A DNA stretch of 64,000 bases from a virus (IMGVR_UViG_3300038345_000076:41851-105850); one strand, 5' to 3'; counted from the stretch's first letter, positions 48,483 to 57,817 are shown. Translations and numbers: made by a program. Notes: a model not told the origin generated them from the letters alone.

Positions 48483-49712
48483 TTACCCCGGTTTTTCGGG
48501 CAATTTTTCATCCGATATTTCGTCTCCAGTATCACATGTTGCTACTTTAAAAGCCTTCTTGACATCGTTGGCAATCATAGTTTTGGCAATATGTGCATAC
48601 CTTTGCGTCTGCTCTATCTTGGTATGGCCAGCCAATTTTGATACGGTCGTTATCGGCACTCCTTTTGCTATGAGTAGGGTGCAGAAGGTATGGCGCAGCG
48701 TATGGAAGGTGATATGTCTGGAGTCGGCTACCCCAATACGCTTGATCAGATCCTTCAGAGTCCTGTTGGCAGAGGCGTTATTACCTATATGCGTCAGTCT
48801 TTCTATGCTGCCGCGCCGCTCGATCAACGCGAGTGCCTTTCCACCGAATAGAGAATATAGCGGTAACCTTACAACCACTCCAGATGACTTGCTTGTTTTC
48901 TTCGGCTGTATGATAAGCCAGGTCTTTCCATGCTCCTTCAGCAGCATGTCAGAGGTGAGGGTTGTCAGATCATGATATCGCAGTCCGGTATAGATGGCCA
49001 TCAACGCACAGTCTCGGATTCTTGCCTCGCGTTTCTTTAATTTAAGATGCTCCAGCTTTCGCACCTCATCGAATGTCAACGACTCTTCTCTGCTCTTTAT
49101 CTTAGGAATAGGGAAATGCAGGAACGGGTCATCGTCGACGCATATGAGCTTTCTGGCGATAGCCTCGTTGATGATACACCTTATGCCTTTTAGTCTGCCT
49201 GATATAGTGCTTTGTGACATCTTCTGGGATTTCTGCCAATCCACGAACCTGTTGAGCCAGTCTATATCTATCTCTTCTAATGTAAGGTCTTTGTGAAACC
49301 TGTCCACTATCTTGATAAGTGTGTTATAGGAATCCTTTGTGTGCTTTCCTCTTGAAGATGAATGTTCATTGATAGAAGTCACGAAATCACGGAATGTAGC
49401 AGAAGATGAAATATTATGTCTGACAGCGTTCTTAAGCATGGCAAGCGTGGGATTCTTTCCCCTCTGTATAAATCCGAACTCGATGCGTTGTATCTTGATT
49501 AACTCATCAAATATATACTGGTTGAGTTGCTTTGCAAGAGGATGATTGACAATATAATGACCGTCCCACTGATACGGATATAGGTAAACTTTTGTTGAAA
49601 AGTATATTCTCTTTCCGTTAAGCAGGCACTCCACTTGCACAAGGCTTCTTCCGTCTAAGTTTAACTTCCCTTTTCTGTTGAATACAAGCCTGTATCTTAC
49701 TTTATCAAACAT
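48483..49712 (-). CDS. Tyrosine recombinase (Bacteroidetes Arm-bind/SAM/catalytic type), probable shufflon invertase
   Basis: TGLRYHDL (R), KTS (K), HTLRH (HxxR), AGH, TQRY (Y). Confidence 0.9.
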   Translation of the reverse strand: MFDKVRYRLVFNRKGKLNLDGRSLVQVECLLNGKRIYFSTKVYLYPYQWDGHYIVNHPLAKQLNQYIFDELIKIQRIEFGFIQRGKNPTLAMLKNAVRHNISSSATFRDFVTSINEHSSSRGKHTKDSYNTLIKIVDRFHKDLTLEEIDIDWLNRFVDWQKSQKMSQSTISGRLKGIRCIINEAIARKLICVDDDPFLHFPIPKIKSREESLTFDEVRKLEHLKLKKREARIRDCALMAIYTGLRYHDLTTLTSDMLLKEHGKTWLIIQPKKTSKSSGVVVRLPLYSLFGGKALALIERRGSIERLTHIGNNASANRTLKDLIKRIGVADSRHITFHTLRHTFCTLLIAKGVPITTVSKLAGHTKIEQTQRYAHIAKTMIANDVKKAFKVATCDTGDEISDEKLPEKPG

Positions 49713-49871
49713 GTCTTTTTCTTACAAATATACGAATAGTTTGCAAAATGTAAAACATTTCCATTGAAAAGTGATATTGTTATAGATAATTTTGTTTTTT
49801 TTGTAAAAAAAGTAGTAAATATCATTAGATATTTAACTCGTAACACACAACACAAACACAATTAACATGTT

Positions 49872-50156
49872 ATGAAGAGGATTTTAGATTGGTTCGCAGG
49901 AATAGAGAAGGACAAGATATTGCACGACGACATGGTGTTTAATATTTCCTTGCTTGCCGCTTGTGCATGCAGGCTGTTAGTCAGCAAGGAGTGGTATAAT
50001 ATAACCGCATGTGCTTTCTTCGCTGGCTTCATCGCAGGTGTGGCGAAGGAAATCTATGACGAGTGGAAGTACAAGGGTGCTGACGAGCGTGACTGGAAAG
50101 CCGACATCTGCGGTCTTGTGCGTGGCACTATATTCTCATTATTATTAACAATATAA
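49872..50156 (+). CDS. Small membrane protein
   Basis: DKILH...AKEIYD...DWKADICG with hydrophobic segments. Confidence 0.7.
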   Translation: MKRILDWFAGIEKDKILHDDMVFNISLLAACACRLLVSKEWYNITACAFFAGFIAGVAKEIYDEWKYKGADERDWKADICGLVRGTIFSLLLTI

Positions 50157-50170
50157 ACACAAAAACAATT

Positions 50171-50350
50171 ATGGAAAAGTACAAAGGATTCATTTATTTT
50201 GCTCTGATTTGCCTATATATCTTAGGCTCTATCGGAGGCATTGGTTATGCTTGCTACAATCACGCATACCTCATTGCAATCGGTGTGGCAGCCGTCGCTC
50301 TGATGGCTTTACCACAAGTTGTCAAATACTTTAAGGCTCTGACAGAATGA
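50171..50350 (+). CDS. Small two-TM membrane protein (59 aa)
   Basis: Own translation MEKYKGFIYFALICLYILG...; stop overlaps the holin ATG. Confidence 0.65.
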   Translation: MEKYKGFIYFALICLYILGSIGGIGYACYNHAYLIAIGVAAVALMALPQVVKYFKALTE

Positions 50351-50844
50351 TTGAACAGATTAAGAACATGGCGGTGGGGATAGTATTGGCTATCCTCGCC
50401 TACTTGGAGCCAATAGATGGAGAACTGCTAAGTCTTTTCGTGGTATTCTTTCTCAATTTCCTATTTGGCTACCTCTCTGGGATGGTTAAGGGTGAAGAGT
50501 TCTCGCTGAAGAAGGCTCTTGTGTGTGTCGGTCATGCTGCTGTATTCTTTATCCTCTGCGCTGCCGTCTATATCATCGGGCGATTGAAGGGGCAAATGGA
50601 AGGATCAGTGCAATGCGTGTCGTTCATCACCTACCTTGTTATATACTTCTATGCGCTTAATATCTTGCGCAACTGCAAGAAGATATTCAAGGACGAAACG
50701 GCACCTTGGCATGTAGTGAATACGATCTACTTCATCCTCCGCTTCAAGTTCATCGAGAAAATACCTTATCTGAATGAGTATCTCGATACACAGAAGCAAG
50801 AGGCAGTAGAGCAGAAAATTATTCTTGATAAAGACGATAATTGA
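50347..50844 (+). CDS. Holin (probable)
   Basis: Several TM segments, directly upstream of the endolysin. Confidence 0.7.
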   Translation: MIEQIKNMAVGIVLAILAYLEPIDGELLSLFVVFFLNFLFGYLSGMVKGEEFSLKKALVCVGHAAVFFILCAAVYIIGRLKGQMEGSVQCVSFITYLVIYFYALNILRNCKKIFKDETAPWHVVNTIYFILRFKFIEKIPYLNEYLDTQKQEAVEQKIILDKDDN

Positions 50845-50846
50845 TT

Positions 50847-51497
50847 ATGGAGATAACGCAATCACAATTACTAAGAGCCGTTCCTAACCTTAACAAATCC
50901 AAGGTGGACGAGTTTGTGGCATCATTCAATATGTATGCCATACATTTCGGTCTGACGACGAAGGCAAGGGTATGTCACTATCTTGCGCAGGTATTCAACG
51001 AGACTGGTGCTTTGAAGGCTACGTCGGAGAATATGAACTACTCTGCGGAGAGGCTTATGCAGGTATGGCCTTCACGCTTCAAGACGTTGGAGAAGGCGAA
51101 GGAGTATGCGCATAACCCTGAGAAACTGGCGAACAATGTCTATGCGAATCGGATGGGTAACGGCAACGAGGCATCGGGTGACGGATGGAAGTACAGGGGA
51201 CGGGGATATATCGGACTTACGGGCAAGAGTAACTATTCCGACTTCAACAGATATGATTTATGTACGGAAGATGTCTTGAAGAATCCAGACAAGGTAGCGG
51301 TCTATCCTCTCAACCAACTCTGTGCGATGTGGTTCTGGGAAAGGTATAGCCTCAATTCGATAGCGGACAGGGACACTGGAGGTACTGGCAGCGAGAAGAT
51401 CGTGGAGGAGATAACCAGGAAGGTCAACGGCGGTCTTATTGGAATATCGGAGAGGAAGTATTATTATAGACGTTTTGCAAGAACATTTGGCTTATGA
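50847..51497 (+). CDS. Endolysin, glycoside hydrolase family 19
   Basis: LAQVFNETG, ENMNYS, YRGRGYIGLTGKSNY, ITRKVNGG. Confidence 0.9.
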   Translation: MEITQSQLLRAVPNLNKSKVDEFVASFNMYAIHFGLTTKARVCHYLAQVFNETGALKATSENMNYSAERLMQVWPSRFKTLEKAKEYAHNPEKLANNVYANRMGNGNEASGDGWKYRGRGYIGLTGKSNYSDFNRYDLCTEDVLKNPDKVAVYPLNQLCAMWFWERYSLNSIADRDTGGTGSEKIVEEITRKVNGGLIGISERKYYYRRFARTFGL

Positions 51498-52015
51498 AGA
51501 AGTTACCAAACATACTGATATTATTGCTCATTGCTTCCATAGCGGTCAATGTGTTTGTCCTTACACGCAAGCCGAAGATGGATATTAAGCATGACACGAC
51601 GGAGGTAGTCAGATGGGACACCAACCATGACTCGCTGCCTCCAGAGAAGGGCGAGAAGATAGTGAAGTACATCCGCATCCCTTGTTCAAACTCTCCGCAG
51701 GATTCTTTAATAGGGGATAGTCTTATTCAAGATTCCGCATCCAATTCTTCAATAACGCTCCCTGTCGTCCAGAAAACCTTCTCCGACGACAGCACCTATA
51801 CAGCCTGGGTCAGTGGTCCGAAGGTGGATGCCTACCCGAAGCTGGACAGCATCAATGTGCGGCAGAAGATCATTGAACGGAACATCACCGTCACGCTGAC
51901 CGAGAAAGAGAAAGAGAGGCACTGGCGTTTCGGTCTTGGTGTCAATGCGGGCATCAGCGTCATCACAGGAAAGCCCGACATCACGGCAGGCTTTCAGGCA
52001 GGCTATACATGGTAG
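51494..52015 (+). CDS. Spanin-like lysis accessory protein
   Basis: N-terminal TM, C-terminal beta hairpin ending in an aromatic residue, after the endolysin. Confidence 0.55.
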   Translation: MKKLPNILILLLIASIAVNVFVLTRKPKMDIKHDTTEVVRWDTNHDSLPPEKGEKIVKYIRIPCSNSPQDSLIGDSLIQDSASNSSITLPVVQKTFSDDSTYTAWVSGPKVDAYPKLDSINVRQKIIERNITVTLTEKEKERHWRFGLGVNAGISVITGKPDITAGFQAGYTW

Positions 52016-52227
52016 AGAAAAAAGTTGTCTTCATATAATTAATAGTTTAGTATTTTCTGATTTTTAGACGTAACTGAAGTGGGCAAGCGTGCCTGCGCTC
52101 GTTTTTTTTAGTTTCATCATGGTATCAAATTTTTCATATCTTGAAGATTTTTAGTTATTTAACATTAGCACCCCATCCGTGAGGACATGGTGCTATTCTG
52201 GGGAATATATTTATAAATAATAATCAT

Positions 52228-52356
52228 AAAGAAATCCCCCGTCATAAATAAGTATCTCACCACATTATCTACGGACTTCCCACAGAGAGAAGCGGGGGAT
52301 TATGCCCTTTTTTCTCCCTGTGGGATAAATGTCTATTGTCCGCAATGTGGTGAGAT
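52228..52356 (-). ncRNA. Candidate structured ncRNA (long stem plus possible pseudoknot)
   Basis: Nested pairings 52254-66/52344-56, 52271-76/52338-43, 52278-90/52313-25; loop 52293-300 is complementary to 52234-41. Confidence 0.6.
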
Positions 52357-52361
52357 GGGTG

Positions 52362-52393
52362 CAAAGGTACTAATAAAAGTTGAACAAACCAAA
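52362..52393 (-). promoter_or_regulatory. Bacteroidetes promoter driving the ncRNA candidate
   Basis: TTTG-N20-TACCTTTG. Confidence 0.65.
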
Positions 52394-52402
52394 ATTTGCA
52401 CA

Positions 52403-52630
52403 ATGAAAGTAGTTGAGTTATTAAAAATAGGTGCTGAAACGTTAAAAATGATGTCACAGAATGGCATCTTTATTGACGATTGGAAATATGTGGAAGCCTA
52501 TGAACATTTTCTGAGGATGCGCGAATTGGGCGTAAAGTATAATGTTGCCATCAAGGAAGCGGCTAATGATCTTCACGTCACCAAGCGTACACTGCAACGA
52601 GCGTTCAAGCGTCTTTCAAAGGAGTGTTAA
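52403..52630 (+). CDS. Small HTH DNA-binding protein
   Basis: AIKEAANDLHVTKRTLQRAFKRL helix-turn-helix. Confidence 0.7.
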   Translation: MKVVELLKIGAETLKMMSQNGIFIDDWKYVEAYEHFLRMRELGVKYNVAIKEAANDLHVTKRTLQRAFKRLSKEC

Positions 52631-52693
52631 ATGGTGTCACGGATTGGCACTTGAAAGGCGTGTTTATCTATTGTTATCTGTTTTATAACTGGT

Positions 52694-52701
52694 TATCTTT
52701 G
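52694..52701 (+). promoter_or_regulatory. -7 promoter element for the 52766-56101 operon
   Basis: TATCTTTG with ATTG 20 nt upstream. Confidence 0.55.
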
Positions 52702-52765
52702 CATTGGTTTTTCGCGATAACCAGAAGAAACAATAGTATTAACAACTCAAACACAAGATTTCATT

Positions 52766-53380
52766 ATGGCAAATTTAGACATGAATGACTTGATGGCTAT
52801 CCGTGGTCTCGATCGCGAGTACGATCATGGCTATGGTTACGGCTATAACCGTGGTTACGGTATGTCGCCTTACGAGCAGATGAAGGTTAGCCACATGGCA
52901 TCCAAGCGTCCGAGCGGTGTAGCCGTAGCAGGTCTTACCGTTGGTGTGGTCGGTGCTGTGGCAGGTATCGGGGCGTGGATTTTTGGCGGTATGCAGGCCA
53001 ATGCCAAGGCAAAGGAAGCCGCTCAGATCGGCATCGCAGCAAAAGAACTTGCTGCTTCGCAGTATCAGTCATCCCTAAAACTGCTTGACGCAGAGCATGA
53101 CAACACGCAGAAGACCATCGACCGTATTCTTCGTGGTTTCGACACGGAGCGTCAGGAGCGTATCAATGGTGACATCACCCTGAACGCCACCATCAACGAT
53201 ACCGTCAGTGGTTCACAGCAGGGTACGCTCACTGCTTCACAGATTGCTCAGCAGGAGGCTACTCAGTCAGTAATGGCAGGTCTGATGACTGGTCGTTACA
53301 GCGAGAATCCTCTGAAGGTGGTACGTGTGAGCGGTCAGCGCGAGTGCCCTTGTGACAGCGGTTGCGGTTACAACGGCTAA
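52766..53380 (+). CDS. Gly-zipper membrane/coiled-coil protein with Cys-rich tail
   Basis: YG repeats, GVAVAGLTVGVVGAVAGIGAWIFGG, ends CPCDSGCGYNG. Confidence 0.75.
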   Translation: MANLDMNDLMAIRGLDREYDHGYGYGYNRGYGMSPYEQMKVSHMASKRPSGVAVAGLTVGVVGAVAGIGAWIFGGMQANAKAKEAAQIGIAAKELAASQYQSSLKLLDAEHDNTQKTIDRILRGFDTERQERINGDITLNATINDTVSGSQQGTLTASQIAQQEATQSVMAGLMTGRYSENPLKVVRVSGQRECPCDSGCGYNG

Positions 53381-53448
53381 AGAAACGTAGGGTCTGATTG
53401 GGTACGGAAATCGGACTTTTTCAGACCCTACATTAAAGACACGGCAAA

Positions 53449-53808
53449 ATGTTATGGTTCAACAAAGAAAAGAAAAAGAAGATGGAGTTTATTCAGAATT
53501 ACGTACCGACGAGCAAGGCACAGCTATTACAGGTGGCTATGTTCTTTAACAAAGGTGACTTGCAGAAAGCGCAGGAAATGTTTGACTTCTACGCAAAGAA
53601 TCTTCAGTTACCAGACTTTGACCCTGTTGCACCTACATTCATGCAGCAGGTGAAGAGTAACGCAACAGACTTCTTTTCATGGATTAAGGAGAATCGGGAA
53701 GATATCGTAAACGGGTATGAGTTTGTTCGCTCCATCATCGCAAACAAAGGAGCAATTCCTCCTGTAGCGCAAGAGGTGTCAGATCCTCTACCACCGATCA
53801 ACGAATAA
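53449..53808 (+). CDS. Hypothetical protein
   Basis: ORF in operon. Confidence 0.7.
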   Translation: MLWFNKEKKKKMEFIQNYVPTSKAQLLQVAMFFNKGDLQKAQEMFDFYAKNLQLPDFDPVAPTFMQQVKSNATDFFSWIKENREDIVNGYEFVRSIIANKGAIPPVAQEVSDPLPPINE

Positions 53809-53851
53809 ATATTCAGGTATTTTTAGGTACAAAACTTAACACGGCAAAAGT

Positions 53852-54070
53852 ATGGATGAAAAGAAAAAACTCAAAGGTTTTCCGCTTACTTTCAATATCT
53901 ATGCGGAAAATGAAACAGAGGTTGAAGAGTGCCGGATGGCTATTATTGCTTTTATCGGTTTACATGCTTCACAATGCAGGGCTGTCACTGCAAAAAAAGT
54001 GGCACATGCGATAGGTAACTGGGATAAGAACCCAATAGTAAAGAATCAGATAATCAATTATTTCAAGTAA
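53852..54070 (+). CDS. Hypothetical protein
   Basis: ORF in operon. Confidence 0.65.
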   Translation: MDEKKKLKGFPLTFNIYAENETEVEECRMAIIAFIGLHASQCRAVTAKKVAHAIGNWDKNPIVKNQIINYFK

Positions 54071-54071
54071 T

Positions 54072-54389
54072 ATGGAACAGACGAATCAAAATCAAGAACA
54101 GCAGTTTCGCTGTACTGGTGACTGCATCAAGTGTAATCGCGCACAGAGGGAATATTGCGGCGCACAGAAAGGCTACGACAACTGGCTTTTGCTTCTGGAA
54201 ATGCAAAAGACACTTTCCGCTATGTCTGGAACGGTAGAAGATCTGAAGCATAAGGTTGCCGCCATTCAGGACAACGAGGCAATGGTATTTGACCCGAACA
54301 ATGATTCTCCTGCTGTCATACAACAGCATACGGTACTGATGGAAGGAAAAACAAGTGAAACAGCACAAGAAGGGGACGGTGTAGAATAA
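54072..54389 (+). CDS. Cys-motif coiled-coil protein
   Basis: CTGDCIKC...YC followed by a heptad helix. Confidence 0.7.
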   Translation: MEQTNQNQEQQFRCTGDCIKCNRAQREYCGAQKGYDNWLLLLEMQKTLSAMSGTVEDLKHKVAAIQDNEAMVFDPNNDSPAVIQQHTVLMEGKTSETAQEGDGVE

Positions 54390-54430
54390 TAGAATCCCCA
54401 AAATAATTCACAACACAAAAACTAAACTTT

Positions 54431-54886
54431 ATGGCTTGTAACAACAATGGAAAGACATTTGTGGTCTCATTGACTACGGTGCCAGGCGGTACAGCCGCCA
54501 ACGCCAACTATCTGTTGGCTCTTGACCACTACACTTGTGGTAATCGAAAACTATGCTCTCAGGGTGAGGTGTTTCCCGTAACAGCGGACTTGAAGGCTAC
54601 TGCTATCGGTGCTCCTGTCGATGTCGGCAACGGGACATTCTGCCAGGAAGTGCTTATCAGCGGCACATGCACCTACATGCCTTTCAAGTGCGGGTGCCAG
54701 TGTCAGTGCGGTGTATGTCCTGTGACGGACAATATCTATTGTACCATTTGTGTGCCTTGTTCTTCGGCAGCTACACCAACTCTTACCATCGGCAATTCCG
54801 TGGCTTCTCCCACGAACGTACAGCCGTGTAACAATGTAACGAACTGCGTTGCCATTACGACTACGCTCAACGTGACAACTGCGTAA
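54431..54886 (+). CDS. Very Cys/Thr-rich beta protein
   Basis: About 14 Cys in 151 aa (KCGCQCQCGVCP). Confidence 0.75.
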   Translation: MACNNNGKTFVVSLTTVPGGTAANANYLLALDHYTCGNRKLCSQGEVFPVTADLKATAIGAPVDVGNGTFCQEVLISGTCTYMPFKCGCQCQCGVCPVTDNIYCTICVPCSSAATPTLTIGNSVASPTNVQPCNNVTNCVAITTTLNVTTA

Positions 54887-54889
54887 GGT

Positions 54890-55252
54890 ATGGAATGGAT
54901 TGATATTGCCTGCATCGTAATTGCTTGTACTGCCGCTAATCACCTTGGACTGATATCGGCCATGGAAGATGTGATAGGCAAAAGAATCCCTATAGTGAAT
55001 TGCTGCAAATGTGCTTCGTTCTGGTCAGTGCTGATTTACGGATGCTATCATATATCAGCATACGGGACTTGCAGTATAGTAACGGTGCTTGCAATATCAT
55101 CCCTCTGTGCATACTCTGCAATATGGCTTGAACTTATAATGGGAATAGTGGACTATTATTACAATAAGGTATATGGGAAGATTTATACAACCTCAGACAA
55201 CGCGGCTACCTCAGATACAGACGCGAGTGATTCCGCAGGCACCGTGTCCTAA
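54890..55252 (+). CDS. Membrane protein with CxxCxSFW motif
   Basis: NCCKCASFWSVLI; several TM segments. Confidence 0.7.
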   Translation: MEWIDIACIVIACTAANHLGLISAMEDVIGKRIPIVNCCKCASFWSVLIYGCYHISAYGTCSIVTVLAISSLCAYSAIWLELIMGIVDYYYNKVYGKIYTTSDNAATSDTDASDSAGTVS

Positions 55253-55298
55253 TTGTAGGAAAACTACAAGGAACGGGGTTAGACGAAAGGTAAAATAA
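55173..55298 (+). CDS. Small basic peptide with CPNC (41 aa)
   Basis: Own translation MGRFIQPQTT...APCPNCRKTTRNGVRRKVK; overlaps the previous gene. Confidence 0.4.
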   Translation: MGRFIQPQTTRLPQIQTRVIPQAPCPNCRKTTRNGVRRKVK

Positions 55299-55337
55299 GA
55301 TTTCGCTTATTATAGTTTTAATCAAAAAAGTAAAATT

Positions 55338-55820
55338 ATGACACCAGAAGAAATGAAAAAAGAGTGGATCGCCCTCTACAATATGATGGCGAACTCACAT
55401 GATGTTTCCTTTATGCGCATTTTTGGAAATGTTCATAAGGAAATGATGGAGTGGATGATTGCCAATAAGCCTGAACTGGCACAGGAATGGCTTGACAAGT
55501 TGGAATCTATCAAGTGGAACAACTATCTTACCTCTAAGGAGGCAGAGAAGATCTTGGCAAACATGATGCCAAAGGCACCTTGGGCTAAAGATGTGTGGAA
55601 GCAGGCAATGAATGAACATGGGTTTGAACTCTCTCATGAGCCATGCTATAACTCTTGCGCACTCTGGGTTGCTATGAACATGATCATGTCCGACTCTTCA
55701 GAGACTTTGAAGAAGTATGTGGCAGAAGAAGATATGTTCAAGGCCGTTCATGATCTTGCGGTTGACAAGCTGAAGGATAAAGACGGTGTGTTCAACATTC
55801 GTTCATACTTTGGTGTGTAG
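55338..55820 (+). CDS. Helical hypothetical protein
   Basis: YNSCALWVAMNMIMSD...LAVDKLKDKD. Confidence 0.75.
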   Translation: MTPEEMKKEWIALYNMMANSHDVSFMRIFGNVHKEMMEWMIANKPELAQEWLDKLESIKWNNYLTSKEAEKILANMMPKAPWAKDVWKQAMNEHGFELSHEPCYNSCALWVAMNMIMSDSSETLKKYVAEEDMFKAVHDLAVDKLKDKDGVFNIRSYFGV

Positions 55821-55825
55821 AGTCT

Positions 55826-56101
55826 ATGCCATATCGTGAGTTGATGCGTAGGAAACTCCTGGAGCAGATATATGATAAGATGTCTGACGAAGAGAAGCGT
55901 ACCTTCGTTCAACTCACGTTGCAGGACAGAGACCATCGTGAGATTATGGATGCTTTGCAAAAACAGCAGATTCAGATCAGTAGGGTAGTGGAAAAGGTTG
56001 AAAAGCAAAGTTTCGCATTGGACTTTGGAAGTGATATCCTTGCCAACTTTACTACGGACGGTCTGATATGGCTGGCATCCAAACTTTTCAGAAGACGATA
56101 A
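55826..56101 (+). CDS. Hypothetical protein
   Basis: Last ORF before the terminator. Confidence 0.7.
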   Translation: MPYRELMRRKLLEQIYDKMSDEEKRTFVQLTLQDRDHREIMDALQKQQIQISRVVEKVEKQSFALDFGSDILANFTTDGLIWLASKLFRRR

Positions 56102-56123
56102 CCATCACTTGCCGTGTTGGTTT

Positions 56124-56153
56124 GGAGCGGGCTTTCACCCGCTCCTGTTTTTT
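56124..56153 (+). terminator. Intrinsic terminator
   Basis: GGAGCGGG-CTTTCA-CCCGCTCC followed by a T-tract. Confidence 0.75.
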
Positions 56154-56253
56154 CTCACACATCCCTCATAAGGTGATACATAACATTCATTATCTTTTTT
56201 CTGATACCAAAAACGTTTAGTTGGTTTAAGACATTTATCTTCTATTTCCACTT

Positions 56254-56553
56254 TCATGCCTCTTCTCCTTTCTGTACTACTTTAAGACCAAATTCGTAGA
56301 AATGTTTAGCAATATCTATAATATCTGCCCTTGACAATGAGTAAAAACCTTGATATTTATCTTCTACTAAATCTATTTCCTTCTCCAACTCCATGTCTTT
56401 CACTTCGAGGGTGTTGATGAAATCATCCTTTAAATCTTCAAGTGCAAATATAAGTCCATCGTGATAAGAATCATCTATCTTATATGACTTATAATCTTCA
56501 ATTCTCTGGTTTATCTCCGCTACTAAAGCGGATTTTGATATATACTGTTCCAT
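56254..56553 (-). CDS. Hypothetical protein
   Basis: YISKSALVAEI N-terminus, paralogous to 58390..58572. Confidence 0.7.
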   Translation of the reverse strand: MEQYISKSALVAEINQRIEDYKSYKIDDSYHDGLIFALEDLKDDFINTLEVKDMELEKEIDLVEDKYQGFYSLSRADIIDIAKHFYEFGLKVVQKGEEA

Positions 56554-56555
56554 AA

Positions 56556-56846
56556 CTATTTATCTTTTACGTTACTGATTTCTATTTGTTTTGTGTTTTT
56601 CTCAAACCGCATATTTCCGTTACAAGCAGCAAATAGAAGCATACATACAAAGAAGAAATAGATAATATTTCTCATAAAATAACCCATCTCTTCATTCCTA
56701 ACATATTTATAAGGGTCTTCCATTACTTTTTTAACATATAAGTCTGTTGTATCTTGGTGGAATATTACCATAAAATGACAGAATATGTGCCATAAGATGC
56801 CTAACAATAAAACTATCAATACAATATAAATAATCGTCATTTCCAT
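56556..56846 (-). CDS. Membrane protein
   Basis: Two TM segments. Confidence 0.6.
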   Translation of the reverse strand: MEMTIIYIVLIVLLLGILWHIFCHFMVIFHQDTTDLYVKKVMEDPYKYVRNEEMGYFMRNIIYFFFVCMLLFAACNGNMRFEKNTKQIEISNVKDK

Positions 56847-56860
56847 ACCATTACTCTCCT

Positions 56861-57793
56861 TTAATGTTCTTCTTCTGAATCTTGTTCCAACTCCTTTTTT
56901 GCCTCATCCATAATCTCTGGAGTAAGGCTGTCTACCACTTCCTTGACGGCAGGAGAAGGTTTACCTGTTATGATACCTCTAAGGTTATACTTGGTCTCAC
57001 CATTCCCAAGTTTTTTCTTGTCTTTATCAGAGGCGAAGGATTGTCTTTCGTCAGGAATAGGGACATCTAACCAGTATTTGACATTAGGCAGGTTCCAGCC
57101 GCCTTCGTAAGTCTTTGGCGTATAGTGTTCCACCTTGCCTGTTGATATGCTCCTACCATCCCATCCATTGGGATTAGGACGATGAGCTATAACAACTTTT
57201 AGAAGACTTTCAACGTCTATTTCTTCTGGAAATATCTCTTGGAGTGCTATAACCTCCCTGTCTATCTCTGGCAGGTCATCACCATCGGCAGGTTTCCAAA
57301 GATTGTTCTTCTGCCACTTAGCACCAGCCTTGAAAGAGTTTAATACTTCAATAGCGTCATTATCCCAATCTTCTTCATTAGTTACACATAATGTATCAGA
57401 AGCATAAACTTTTGCCGCCTCTTCTAAATCTTCACTTATTGGTGTTGTAAAATTATTGGTAAAGTGGCGAAGCATTTTAAGCATATCACTTTTATCCATT
57501 GTGTACATGTAGTCCTTCTCTTCAATGCCAAACCTATCAAGTTGTTCTCTGTCAATAGTAAAATAGTCTTTGATATACTTGTTAAGTTCTGTTTTCAACT
57601 CCTCGCTTACAGGCTCTTCTTGCATAGAGTCAATAGGACAAACCTCATCGCAGTACAGTCTTTTTCCGTCTTTCATTAAAACGGTAAGAATGTCTGGGTC
57701 AGTTGGCTTGCAGTAAAAGATACTCTCGACATCTGCCACATCTACGGTATATACAACCTCGTGGCAGCTTTTCAATTCTAATTTATCTGTCAT
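56861..57793 (-). CDS. Modular hypothetical protein (310 aa)
   Basis: SEDLEEAA...FKAGAKWQ modules. Confidence 0.7.
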   Translation of the reverse strand: MTDKLELKSCHEVVYTVDVADVESIFYCKPTDPDILTVLMKDGKRLYCDEVCPIDSMQEEPVSEELKTELNKYIKDYFTIDREQLDRFGIEEKDYMYTMDKSDMLKMLRHFTNNFTTPISEDLEEAAKVYASDTLCVTNEEDWDNDAIEVLNSFKAGAKWQKNNLWKPADGDDLPEIDREVIALQEIFPEEIDVESLLKVVIAHRPNPNGWDGRSISTGKVEHYTPKTYEGGWNLPNVKYWLDVPIPDERQSFASDKDKKKLGNGETKYNLRGIITGKPSPAVKEVVDSLTPEIMDEAKKELEQDSEEEH

Positions 57794-57817
57794 ACGCTTT
57801 CTCCTTTCTGTGCTTTA

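Noticed and set aside
48483-49712. Recombinase as the prophage integrase with a nearby att site
   Set aside because: It is flanked by phage genes on both sides with no host junction or tRNA. Adjacency to the cassette array favours an invertase, though a dual role is not excluded.
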